A DNA stretch of 64,000 nt from Haliotis cracherodii (taxonomy: Eukaryota). Of the stretch, positions 27,336 to 39,399 are shown one piece after another (position 1 is the stretch's first letter; each line of letters starts with the position of its first letter). The notes beneath the pieces were generated by a model. The model was not told the origin of the DNA. It did not search any database and saw only the letters and a list, made by a program, of their open reading frames with translations. A program made the translations under genes and the position numbers. The DNA is taken from positions 28,334,001 through 28,398,000 of the forward strand of contig NW_027266286.1 of NCBI RefSeq assembly GCF_022045235.1, read 5' to 3'.

Positions 27336-27577
27336 GACCCGTGAAGATCCGGGGTAGAATAGGTCTTCAGCAACCCATGCTTGCCGTAAAAGGCGACTAT
27401 GCTTGTCGTAAGAGGCGACTAACGGGATCGGGTGGTCAGGCTCGCTGACTTGGTTGATGCACGCAATGGGGATCGATGCTCATGATATCAATCACTGGAT
27501 TGTCTGGACCAGACTCGATTATTTACAGACCGCCGTCATATAGCTTGAATATTGCTGTGTGCGGCGTTAAACAAACC
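27336..27577 (+). mobile_element. SINE-like family 2 copy
   Basis: Full length from GACCCGTGAAGATCC to TTAAACAAAC. Confidence 0.9.
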
Positions 27578-27895
27578 AGGCAACTACTATAACACAAAGC
27601 AAACTTATTGGTGCTAATAAACACTTTGAATACGATTAGAAACTGAAATGCGGATAAGATGGTAACAGCCTCTGGCCTGGCTGATTGTTTGGTATTTTGC
27701 CAAGATGGTTGTCTATATTATCAATCATCTGTATGCCTTGATGTAGCTATAAAATTTATGACAGTGGTATTAACTATTATCTACTCAGTGCACCATACAA
27801 TATTACAAAAGGACCACAATGAATGAAGAAACATCATAGTACCTTAATTAAATGAAGAAACGTCATAATACCTTAATTAAATCTGTATAATTACC

Positions 27896-28165
27896 GACCC
27901 GTGAAGATTCCGGGGTAGAATAGGTCTTCAGCAACCCATGCTTGCCGTAAATGGCGACTATGCTTGTCGTAAAAGGCGACTAATGGGATCGGGTGGTCAG
28001 GCTCGCTGACTTGGTTGATACATGTCATCGGTCCCAATTGCGTGGAGCGATGCTCATGATATTAATCACTGGATTGTTTGGCCCAGACGCGATTATTTAC
28101 AGACCGCCGTCATATAGCTGGAATATTGCTGAGTGCGGCGTTAAACAACAAACCAAACACAAAAA
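27896..28165 (+). mobile_element. SINE-like family 2 copy
   Basis: Full length; TSD TATAATTACC(G). Confidence 0.9.
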
Positions 28166-28901
28166 TATAATTACCGTAAAAGTAAGATTGATGATGTTCC
28201 TGTTACGGGACTGAAGTCATGATATTGAAAATGAGGTCAAGTTCATCGTTGTCTTGCTGAGTTTGAAAACACCCACAGGCACCTTGACACCAAACAGGTC
28301 GTGGACACCTGGAGCTAAATCATTTCCACTTAAAATGTGCATTGTACTTATTTCTAAATGTATATGCCACTAAAATATACATTTACTCTTCAAAATACAA
28401 ACGCAAAACGGATATTTTGGGGTACAAAAGCAAAGTTAGCGGACCAAGAGGTGCAAAATGAAGAGGTTTAAAATGTTATATTGTCAGTGACAAATTTTCC
28501 CGATCAAAATGATCACAAGGACATGCAATCAATTAGTCGGGAGACACGCACGATTCGGAAAAACGCACCCAGTGCATTAACAAAAGGGCCATGGAGCTGT
28601 GCGTACTGCACGTGCAGCAGCACTATGAACAACATCTATATATATGACTACATAACTAGATTCCATGAGGGCCCCATGTTGGAATTCGTACCAAGTACTC
28701 TATCCTTGGCATATGAATGAATTTACATGTTTGCAGTGGTCATATTTAGATTGTCGCTTACATTTAGAAGTTGGTAGAACACGAAGACTTGACACTTTTT
28801 GGGTAAGAATGCTTTATTATATTTAATAACCTTTTCAGTGTGATTTCTTGCTTTTTAGGAGGTGAGCATTTGCTTGAAAAGGCGATGTGGACATGTGTGA
28901 A

Positions 28902-31900
28902 CTAAACTTGACCATTCGATTCATGAGGTAGGAATCTGTTGGGGAAAGCAAACGAAGTAATGACAATGTCAACATTTTTCAACCGTTCATCAATTTCCGG
29001 CATATACCTTGAAAACATAGGACTCTGTTCTGATAAAAGAATAAACTTCGAACTCACCTTTTTTCACCAACCTGCGCATAGACCCAGGTGTACAGTTTTT
29101 TATACTCCTTTTTCAGTAAGTCATAGCGGAGTGAATTTAATCCATCAGTTTCCATGTCTTTGGATACCTGCCGTATGAGTCTGAATCTGAAAAGCATCAA
29201 GTATACGTTACATAAGAGAGAGAATGTCAACTTCCTTATTATGAGGAACACGACGTTTCGGAGTATATGCTTACTCCTTCATCAGGTGGATCACTTCTAA
29301 TTGCCAGCCAACGACTTTATACGTAACATGTACGTGAAGTAAAAATATACGTTATTTGTACTTGAATATGTGGATATTTTGACCTCCCATATGTTGCGAA
29401 CCAGAAGGAATTGAACTGTTTGACAAGCATTTTAAGTAACAGTAAAGACAGGTCTTTTTTATGGATGACAACTTCTTTATTCAATTATGATGTGACTTTT
29501 TCGGTGCAGATCCTTACACCGGGCGTTTTGCATGGCAAATTATCATCCACTATTGTAAATTTCAGTATTTGATGTCATTGGTATTTGTCCAATTGCATGT
29601 GTCCCTAAGTTTCACATTCACCCAGAATACTTGTGGTAAGGACTAGAACAGTGAATGTCTCATGATAAAGGGGTTAACCCTCTGCACTTTGGTTCTTTTG
29701 TTAAACTGTTTAACACGTGTATTCCATATAACTATGCCATGAATTAACTTACGGCTTATTATGTGAGTTATTGAGTTATGTTGATTTAGGCTGTATTGCA
29801 TCGAGACTGTACCAGACATATCAGGGTCCAGTGGCACATAACCTCACGCAAATGTTGATGCATTTCATCTTTAATTTTGTGTCAGGGACTTTGTTTCCCG
29901 CCATGTGCTTCTTTAGAAGCAGGTCGTGACTTTGACCTTATATATACGGATGCTATGTGTACTGTATATTCGGTTATATGAAAGAAGCAGCAAGATCCAA
30001 GCACTATTTCTCAATACCGGTGTATGATTTATACCAGATATATTTATTTGACTTAACACAAACATATTTATCCTTTTGAAAACATTCAAATGATTTCCTG
30101 ATGTCTAAATAAGGGATACGGACAGCTTAAGTGGAGATATTTAATGACTTTTTCAAGTTTTTTTGTTTCCAATTTAAGACAAAAATGTTTCTGACTGAAA
30201 TTCTGCAAAATATATTAGCTTCGCTTTGTGTCATTGCGTTTGCTTGACTGCAAATTTAAGCTAAGAACTCCATGGGGACCCGGGGTAGAATGTGTCCCCA
30301 ATACACCATTGCTTGTCGTAAAAGTCGACAAAACTGGGCAACCCGTTTGCCGTGGCTTGCGCCGCTATGTCGGTGAAGGAAGTGATTCTGGTGACCATAT
30401 GTCATCTTCGACTGAACTGCAGTGAATTTAAGTTTCAGTCCTGTGTACAAAGGATTAAATGTGTGCAAAGGATCAGCTATACCGATGCCCGGAAACAAGC
30501 AAACTTAGTTACAGCTGCAAACACAACAGGGAATTGTTATGCTTCCGTAGTTAAAACAATGAAAACGGTTCAAACAGCATCAGCTCTCTGTCAGACAGAT
30601 ATATGTCATTGACAGTGTGAGACATGCCAAAGCACGTTTCTGAAATTGAAATTAACCAACCTGAAACAAACCATGTTACAGCTTTAACATCAATCCCTGT
30701 CAACCTCAACATCAAAAGAAACAACCCCAAAAGCTATAGCAATAACAATTGTTGCAAGACCTAAAAAGAATTAAAACTGACTGAGTGCCAAAGGCACTCA
30801 AAGATCTTGTGCTACTCTACAACAGGTATGGATTGTTCGAGAATATGGATACGGAAGTATCCCGTCACGTGAGCACTGGTGGTCATACAAGTGATCACTC
30901 TTCCCAAATGAAAATCAGGAGTCGATCCCCTGTTACTCCACATTCATGAGTAACACATATGATTAATTCAGTGGAATTGCAGAGGTCTCAGGACCATGTT
31001 TTATTACTACAAACTGTTAAAAGCGGCGTTAAACCCAACTCACTCACTCACTCAACTTGTTTTAAAATCGAAACTGTGAAAATCTAGTTATCATTCTGCC
31101 CATGGATGCCAGGTTTTCATTCAATCTAAATATATTCATTATAAAATGTTTAAGTTCCTGTCACGATATGGCGGAAATACTGCTGATGTGACGTTACCTT
31201 TTAACTCACTCACTCTTACCGCTTATCCCTTCAGCTACAACGTACCTGTCCTTGTTTACTGGATTTGTTTTGTCTCGACTGTGTTTTATCGTCCTGTATC
31301 GAGCAAATATTTTTGATGCTCGAGTTATTTTTAAACCACTGTGTTTAAGTCTGAAAATAGAAATACATAGTTTACTATAAGTTCTTTCTCGACGGTTAAT
31401 GCGACTGAACATTAGATTTTAACTTCATTCCTTTACGATCCTTTCACAGCAACAAATGCCTATCGTAATAGTTATATTTCTCCACATGTTTTACATAGCT
31501 TTTTTTCATAATGGTGGGGAATGTAACGTTTTACCCAAGAGCTAACAGAAAATGCACCGAAAGTGGCAATTTGTCTATCTGTCATTTCACTAAGACCAAT
31601 TGCTGGACCTGTGAAGATCCGGGGTAGAATAGTTCTTCAGCAATCTATGCTTTCCGTAAAAGGCGATTATGCTTGTCGTTAGAGGCGACTAACGGGATCG
31701 GGTGGTCAGACTCGCTGACTTGGTTGATGCATGTCATCGTATCCTAATGACGTGGATTGATGCTCAAGACTCGATTATTTACAGACCGACGTCATATACC
31801 TACAATATTTTACTGAGTGCGGCGTTAAACAACAAACAAACAAACCAATTGCTGAGCACAATGTCCACTCATAATTGAAACTGTAATCCTAGCTGTATCC

Positions 31901-34900
31901 GCTCTAGGTCAACGAAGGTTTCCACAGGACTGTGAGTTTATCGGTGAGTAGGTATGACCGAGATATTGCCTATGCGACGATTGAACTCACGTTCAGGAAG
32001 TGCATTTGAAAAACAAGTGAGGAAACCTTGCTTGAATGTGCCGCAAATGATTTACATTAAAGCAAGACACTCTGATCATTCGCCTTTTCGGCAAAGAAGC
32101 AGTAAATGTTAAGTGTCTTGTTAGCAGTCATTCAGTCTGAGATACTGTCTTTCAAATAGGGACAGTGGAGCGAAATATATACGTCAACTGCAGAGATCAA
32201 CCAGTCTCGATTATCCGTCGAAACAGAATCCATTGGGCGTAAGAGACAGAAAAGCGGTGAAAAATATATGAATGGATCAATGAAAATGAGTCATGACACC
32301 AGGCGTTCGCAACCTTTCTCGCTGCGACTTGGAATGGAGACTGTTATCCGGGTGTCACATATGCAGAAACCACAATCCTAAATACATTGTATCCTTGGAG
32401 CAGTGGTAGACTGCCTTTGTCCAGTCTCCTCAGAGATACAGTACTTCGTAACAATGTCCCAGGACTAATAATCCTGAGGAATTAATGTCAGGTTCTGCAC
32501 TTTGTTCAGGAACAAATGACCGCGCCAAACAAAACTAACACTTTCAGGTGTATCATATGCATTGAGGTGTGTCAGCCAAAGGAATACCTTTGGGGAAATT
32601 ACATACTATAATAGATGGCAGTTCTACAGTTCATGCTGTGATTCTGATTGGACTATTCTAATGAGCTAACAGTGAGTATTCAGATCAAACCACGTTCTTA
32701 CCTTCTGAACATGTCATCATCTTCCATACCCCAGCCATAGTATCTATTTGAGAAGCCATTGACTGTGTTCATGTGTTCTTTGGTTAGTGCGATCACCCCG
32801 CCAAATGCGCCCTGATAGAAAAGTCTGTGTGATAGATAATTGGTTGTTACATTGATAAATGGAATTAAATGAAGATTAATACTATGGGTCTTTTCACTTC
32901 GTATGAACACTTTCTTGATAAGTGTTTTCTTCTCAATTCCAAATTTGAAAAACTTGTCATTCGGCTTGGCGCAATGGATACCTTCACTATTTATAAGAAC
33001 AACTTCAATTTAGTTTCATCGGGGTTCAGGTGTCACGGAAGAACGTGACGTCATCCATGGTATCATCACGCGGTTAGCTGTCAGGATAAACGTAACGTGT
33101 AAAGCTAAAATCATTACGCTTGAGGACGTTCTCAAATAGGAAATCCACGTAGGTTTACGCGTAACGCACTTGTTACACGCAAAGTTGCCTCTTACGTATA
33201 AGCTAGTAATTGTATGCACAAAGGTAGTTGTTTAATTAACGCATAAACGTAGTTGCCTAACGCGTAGAGGTAGTTGTTTTACGCGTAAATCTAAATTCAT
33301 CACACGTTAATGGTTCAAACAATAAATACTCAATGTTTTATTACGCTTATTACACATTTCGTGGAATTTTCATGTCTTTAGACTTGAATATGACCATTTG
33401 CATTTAAACTGTGTGCATGACAAGAGTGGGAATACATTGCATCCCTATTGGTCTCATTATTTGTACAGAGTACAATATTTTACGATGCTGCAATCTGTCT
33501 TGTAAAACTAAATCAACAGCATTAGGATCAAACTTTTATACATAATGAATTACATGTACGTTACCAAAGGCCTACTTATGTTGATTCAACTACAGATAAT
33601 TGTGTACACCATCTATATAGTGTGTGTAAGGGGATTATCTGATAAGGAGGCGTGTGATTGTGACAACAGTGCCAATAATGTTAACAAGGGAGAGATTATA
33701 TAGATTCACGACAAATGTGACTTATTTGACGATTTTACAAGAAGTAAAACTCGAGGTAAATAAAAGAAAATACTAACTTATACTGATGCTTATCAATGGC
33801 AACTGCCACATGACGTGGGTTCTTTGGACAGGTGTACAGGTTCTTGTCATTCTCTGGGATGTGATCCACATCATGGAAGAAAAAGCACTGGTAGTCATAT
33901 TCCTTCATTGCTTCTGTGTAGCCTATGTTATTTAACATAGCTTTGTTGAAAATGCCCGGCAAAGCCTGTAATACGTATGTCCACAATTTGAAACACCATC
34001 AATCAAAATGTTTTATTTCTCTTAAATAAAAGCGACAAAACCCTTCGTTTCCATTATCATATGAAATATCTTCTGAAAGCAGAGTCCGTTGTACGATTCA
34101 GACTACATCATGAGCATGTGTTTATGAATCACTATCAAATAGTAGTGATACCAGGTGATCGCGACATCCTTTTGGTCACTGATGCATCAAATTTAAAAAT
34201 GTCGTTCACATTTCTACCATAAAACTTGTGCTGTAAGCCTGATCAAATAATTTTAAGCAAGAGTCTTATGACGCTCTTTGAAATCGTTGTGGAAAGTTAT
34301 GAAATCTTGACACCATAGACTGTAGCTGCTGGCATATGGCCCAACATAAAGGAAAAGTAGACATTTGGAAGGCGGTTCCATTGGTAGCCTTCATTTCTAG
34401 CTCAGGTTGGCTAACTTAAAGTCATATTATTTTGCCAATCCATGAAGAAATTCCGATTCATCTGTATAAAGAAGCATTTTAGTGGGGAGCACAATTGGTA
34501 CCCATGGGGATGCCTACTTCTTGCCTAAATGTCTTATCTGAAAAGAAATCTCTAGGTTCTTGGTTTGTTTCTGAGACTGCAAATATTCAAGCAAATATTT
34601 TAAGCCTTCGAGAAACCACACGGTATTAATTTTACTTGTCTGAAATACTTTCTCTGACTATAAACAAAGGTTTTCCTTATTCAATTTGTATTACGAACTA
34701 TTGTTGATCTTTGAGACAGGGATTTCTTGATGTATTTACTGGAACCATCAATATATATCTCTTTGTACGTAAGGAGCTTTGGAATCTCGTACAAAAGTGG
34801 TATGGACATGTCTTTAGGTTTTAGAATGAAGCCCAGAAGATGATAGTACTGATGCGTGCCTTTGGCAGATTTCCTCCTCAGTCAACATACTGGCCTTATT

Positions 34901-36273
34901 AGTGGCTTTGTTTGTTATGTAACTTATACCATGTTCTTTGATCAAACAATTAATGTACGTGTAAAAACCTGTACACATCTACTTGATTTGCGAATATCAA
35001 TAACCAAATGTTAAAGTTATAGGCATGTTTCTATACTAATTTCGGCAGTTCCATCCACTGTGAACGTGTGAGGCAAAGGCCCAGGGTGGATCAACTGTTA
35101 AAAAGACTTGACATACAAGATTTACCTGTTCCACAACGTAGATGCCATAGTCTAGTTGCTGCCGTTGCAACATGGGGTGGAGGTTGTTGAGGAGGACCTT
35201 CAGGTGGGACTCTCGGTCGCGATAGGCAACAATGATGGCCACTCGGTGACGGGACTTACAATCGGGAGGTGTGAACCGACCACCGGGTTTGAGTTCTGCA
35301 AATCGCCTTTCAAGTTCCTCAAAAGGGAGAGCTTCCATACGTGCGGTAATATTTCCCACTGAAACATAGATAATCATGAAACAATCCCGTTTCCAAAAGC
35401 AGGCGGTGAATGGTTAAACATTAAGACTTACTGGAGTCAATGAATTGAGTTACAGTCCCATTGACCAATATTTCAGATATGGTATATAAGCTTAATGTTG
35501 GAAGAAGCCGTAGTAATGACATGGTGCTGACAAACCAATGGTCATAATCTGTGAAGCATGACCAGTGGACATGACATGACGCACCTCTGCACAACTACAT
35601 GTACTTATGCAGTATTGCAGGCGGTGACATATGATTCCCCATATGTGTACAGTGTGTTAAATGCATTTCTAGTGTCCCACTGCCGCTCTACGTCTGCACT
35701 ATTGCCAAAAGCTTCGAAAAACTCTACTTCTGCAATATTCATTTGTTTATTGTACAAATATGTTTATTGCTTTCGAAAGAGACAAATACATCTCACCTCG
35801 ATAAATTAGGTTTAAGGCGATCATTGTCCACGAGGAGGCCTCTTCAATCATTAAACCTACTTAAATTAGTGCCACATATGCTGCCTTCTCTGCGACCGCA
35901 TTTTATGTTCAAATATTCCACTGTTATATGATCAACCATGCTACACATCGTTATCAGTACCAACGTGAGAAAGAGATAAGTTTATTTTGCCCTGACTATA
36001 TGTCCACTTACCTAAGTTTGGTGGCACCTGAGGACACAGATTCGGAACCGTGTCATCGCCATTGAAAGAGTCTGGCAACGTTTTCATACTTGATGCACCT
36101 TTCGAAATATTACTCCACTGACTTAGCAAAGACTTGCTCGAGTGAAGAGAATAAGTAGACACACTACGTGCACTATTACTGCCAACAGTCAATCCCAAAT
36201 GTTTGCATTCGAAGTAAATGAATAACAAAGCGAGACAAACACAGATCCGAAGTGAAGCCTTGTGAGGGATCAT
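28902..36273 (-). CDS. GT7 beta-1,4-glycosyltransferase (B4GALT/bre-4-like), paralogue 3, about 357 aa
   Basis: Exons 36273 (or in-frame ATG 36294)-36012, 35358-35126, 33965-33778, 32824-32702, 31350-31246, 29186-29058, 28935-28902. Read-through alternative stops at 29054. Motifs AYRDR, FNKA, FHDVD, AFGGV, YGWGMEDDD, YRTIKH. Probable 5' UTR exon donor near 38439; AATAAA (minus) at 28818-28813. Confidence 0.92.
29249..29289 (-). ncRNA. Minimal type-I hammerhead ribozyme motif (Penelope-associated type)
   Basis: CCAC-CUGAUGA-A-GGAGUA(agcaua)UACUCC-GAAA-C-GUC-GUG: intact core, 6-bp stem II, loopless palindromic stem III, 3-bp stem I. Confidence 0.6.
30265..31054 (+). mobile_element. Internally deleted I/Nimb-like LINE relic (structured 5' end, ORF1 remnant, possibly 3' tail)
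   Basis: The 5' end matches the family-2 head. ORF 30352-30612 contains VQRIKCVQRISYTDARK...YASVVK, typical of an I/Nimb ORF1 C-terminus. A shared (ACTC)n tail lies at 31010-31054 but may be a separate insertion. Confidence 0.55.
31606..31843 (+). mobile_element. SINE-like family 2 copy
   Basis: TSD ACCAATTGCTG defines the 5' end at GACCTGTGAAG. Confidence 0.9.
34100..34950 (-). mobile_element. Degenerate reverse-transcriptase relic (Penelope-like)
   Basis: Minus strand 34517-34482 encodes VGIPMGTNCAP (RT motif B); surrounding frames are broken. Boundaries approximate. Confidence 0.5.
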
Positions 36274-37717
36274 GATGCTGAAGATGGTGAACATGATACT
36301 TCAGGCCCGATTGTTGATATCAATCCAGAGTTGTCTGGAATGCAATAAAGCATTTATTCGTATCCAACGTTCCTGTTTTAAATAAACTTCAGCCTGGTCT
36401 CTTGTTAACACAAAAGGGTTACAATGAATGTAATTAATCATAACTGTCTTAGTTTGTTTTCATTTTCACATTTGTGCCACCCTTTTGTGAACACCTGGTA
36501 GCATCTCTATTTGATGAGCATTCATAAGCACCAGCTTTTAGCGGGCACAGTTTTTAGCTGTATTAATAACAGAGAGAGACTGACTGCTTGCTTTTAATAT
36601 GTCATATGACAAAATCAGAAATATTTCATCAATGCCACAGTATTCTTGACCAGGCACACCAGTGTTTCATATCAGAAGCATTCATTTTGTTCCTCTGAGA
36701 AACTTACTCTAACCTCAGAAGCATGTAGTTGTATTCTTGTTTGTTTTTTTAAATAATACTTATAATTTTATTATTATGTTCATTACAGGTAAAGATAATT
36801 GTAATTTATTGCTTTTGAAATATAGAAAATCATAATGGAAGGGATGTAGTAAATGGGTCATTAAAGCGTTATACACACTTTGTAGTAAAGCCTGGATCAT
36901 GGTTACAAAGTGTGAAAGATATTATATATTAGGTGATACTGTATAGATTTAGGCACGATTTTACACAGGTAATACAACATTAATTATCTTTATACCGCTA
37001 CAGTTGTACAGTAATTGACTCCCAGGTTGAATGGTCTTTGGTGTAAAGGATGTGCAAGCACATTAATGTGCTAAAAATGAATAACATTTTGAATTATAAC
37101 TCGGACTATGTCACACATAAACTAATATTGAGGAACAAATCCATACCTGCTTCAATCCATGTAATCCATCTTGTGTCATATAATATATTAATACTAAATG
37201 GATCGGGATCATGTTCTTGGTCCCATCATCACGATCCCACGGTGTGGGATGCCAGTCAATACCTTGTCTTTTCCAGACACTATTACTTCCAGACGCCTGG
37301 AATATTGCTGACTGTGAAATTATAAAATGCTAAAAGAAAACGATGCAATGATAAGATGGAAAGATTCAGCTATGGGTTCCTATCATGTCGCCATACCCTG
37401 CTGTCACACTATGTCGATATATATCGATGTGTTTCTAATGACGGTTATACATCAGAAAGAAATAATATCATGCATAATACTATCTCTGCCAGCCAAAATT
37501 ACGCCATTATTATCGCTGCTAAATAGCAGTAACAGTGCGGAACTTCTAATCTCAAATGTAACGTGTTTTAATGCGATTAACAATTAACAGTTCCATGACC
37601 AATTTGTGTCTGTATGTGAACTTGTATGTTTTATTTCATTTATTGCTTGTATTTATTATTAAGGTAACAAAAACTACTACCTTGTACTATAATCCATTTT
37701 GGCTAACTTAAGGCGAG

Positions 37718-38017
37718 GTTCTGTTTTCGCCAGTTGGTGCCGTTTTGCTGAGGTGTCAAAAATCCTTAATACACAGCTGCGTTAAACAAGCCAAGCAAAC
37801 AAGTATGGGATGTACTTCATATAGATGTCCAGTGCTCTAATGCCTTTAAAGTCGAAGGTTTTATGAAATTAATAACACCATGTGTTCTAAAACGTATGTG
37901 TAAATCAGGTAAATCAGACATACATACCATACTTGTTGGCTTGGCTTGTTTAACGCAGCTGTGTAAAAAGGATTTTTGACACCTCAGCAAAACGGCACCA
38001 ACTGGCGAAAACAGAAC
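37718..38017. repeat. Foldback inverted repeat, 97-bp arms, 106-bp spacer
   Basis: 37718-37814 versus 37921-38017, about 4 mismatches. Confidence 0.9.
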
Positions 38018-39399
38018 TTAGTGCCTTGTGTGAAAGACAAAAATGCCCTTGACAGAGAACATAACACATCAATTAATATTTTTGAACATGATTTGGCATA
38101 CGTGTAAAAGCAAAGTAACCAGTTCATGTTGTTTGTTCTTTCTGTAATTTATGAGATTTCTGATTTGAAAAAGATGGCATGGCTTTGAAATGATTCTGTA
38201 TTGAACAGCATTTTTAGCATTTGACATCCATCAGGTCGAGCTTGCAAGCATACTGTTTGCACGAAAATCACATATTGTATTGACCTTTGAACCCTGATCT
38301 TCGGAAGTTATTGGTCTCTGGGAGCATGCTTTCACGCAAGACCCTTACTGATCAGGATGAAGATACAAACAAATATTTGATAAAAATAACAACACAATCA
38401 TACGAAAATAATTTGGCCAGTTTTTAAATAATTACTTACCGTTCACTCCTACTGTAAATCGGGCTTGGTGATATTTTAAAATGACATAAGGCTTGACATT
38501 CTATTTACGATGTATTCACACTCTGTTGGACACTCTGGCTCTACATCAAGGTATCCCGACACCGTTTGCCCTGACTATCCAATACACAAGTGCAGTGTAC
38601 AGCAATATGACTTCATACCAGATAGAATTACACAGTCGCTTGGTTAGATTAATAAACACTAGATCAATGACTTTACAATTCTGCATCTACGGTATTAAAA
38701 GCAAGGAAATGTGAGATACAATGGCTGATTTAATCGAAAATGTGTATCAAATATTACCATACATTTACATCACCCCCAAAATATCGGCAATGTTCAAAAC
38801 TGATGAGTATTTATTTCCAGTGCTAAGAAAAAACTAGACGACAGAGTTTTTCCGCGTACACTTCAATAATTGAGTTGGGTTAAAAGGGGATTGCCTAAAA
38901 GTCGGGCCAAGAAAAGTCGGGCCGGGCCGGGCCGGGCCAGCGGGTAATACTAAAAAATGGATTGCAGAATAATAAAACGAAACGCAAATATCTAGGCAGA
39001 TCTCAAATGTCCACAAACGTATAGTTTTGCTCATTTAATTGAGTTTGAATAAAAATGCACCTTCAACAATGTGATAAACTGATGATTATGACTACATACC
39101 GTGAGTCTCGTAAAAAGTCAGTGTCTTGACTGTGTGTATCTTTGATTAGAATGATTCTCACCGACCTTGGCGTGTAGGGGTGTGACGTCCTGGGCAGGAA
39201 ACGACAGTGTTTTGACTACTCATCTTTCATTAATTAACGTGTTGGGCATCCCTAATTAACCTATACTAATTCGTGTTAAACCAACACAGGATGTTTTCTG
39301 GAAGTGGATATTCTCGAATGTCAAAGGACTGACACGACACGTGTTAATAACTGTCCAAGCACTTCTAAAGTTCCTAACATTCTTTATATCTAAAGATTA

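Noticed and set aside
27336-27440. Assignment of the family-2 head to the HDV-like ribozyme class
   Set aside because: A hairpin followed by CUAA is present, but I could not find the P3/L3/P1.1 arrangement by eye; left unassigned.
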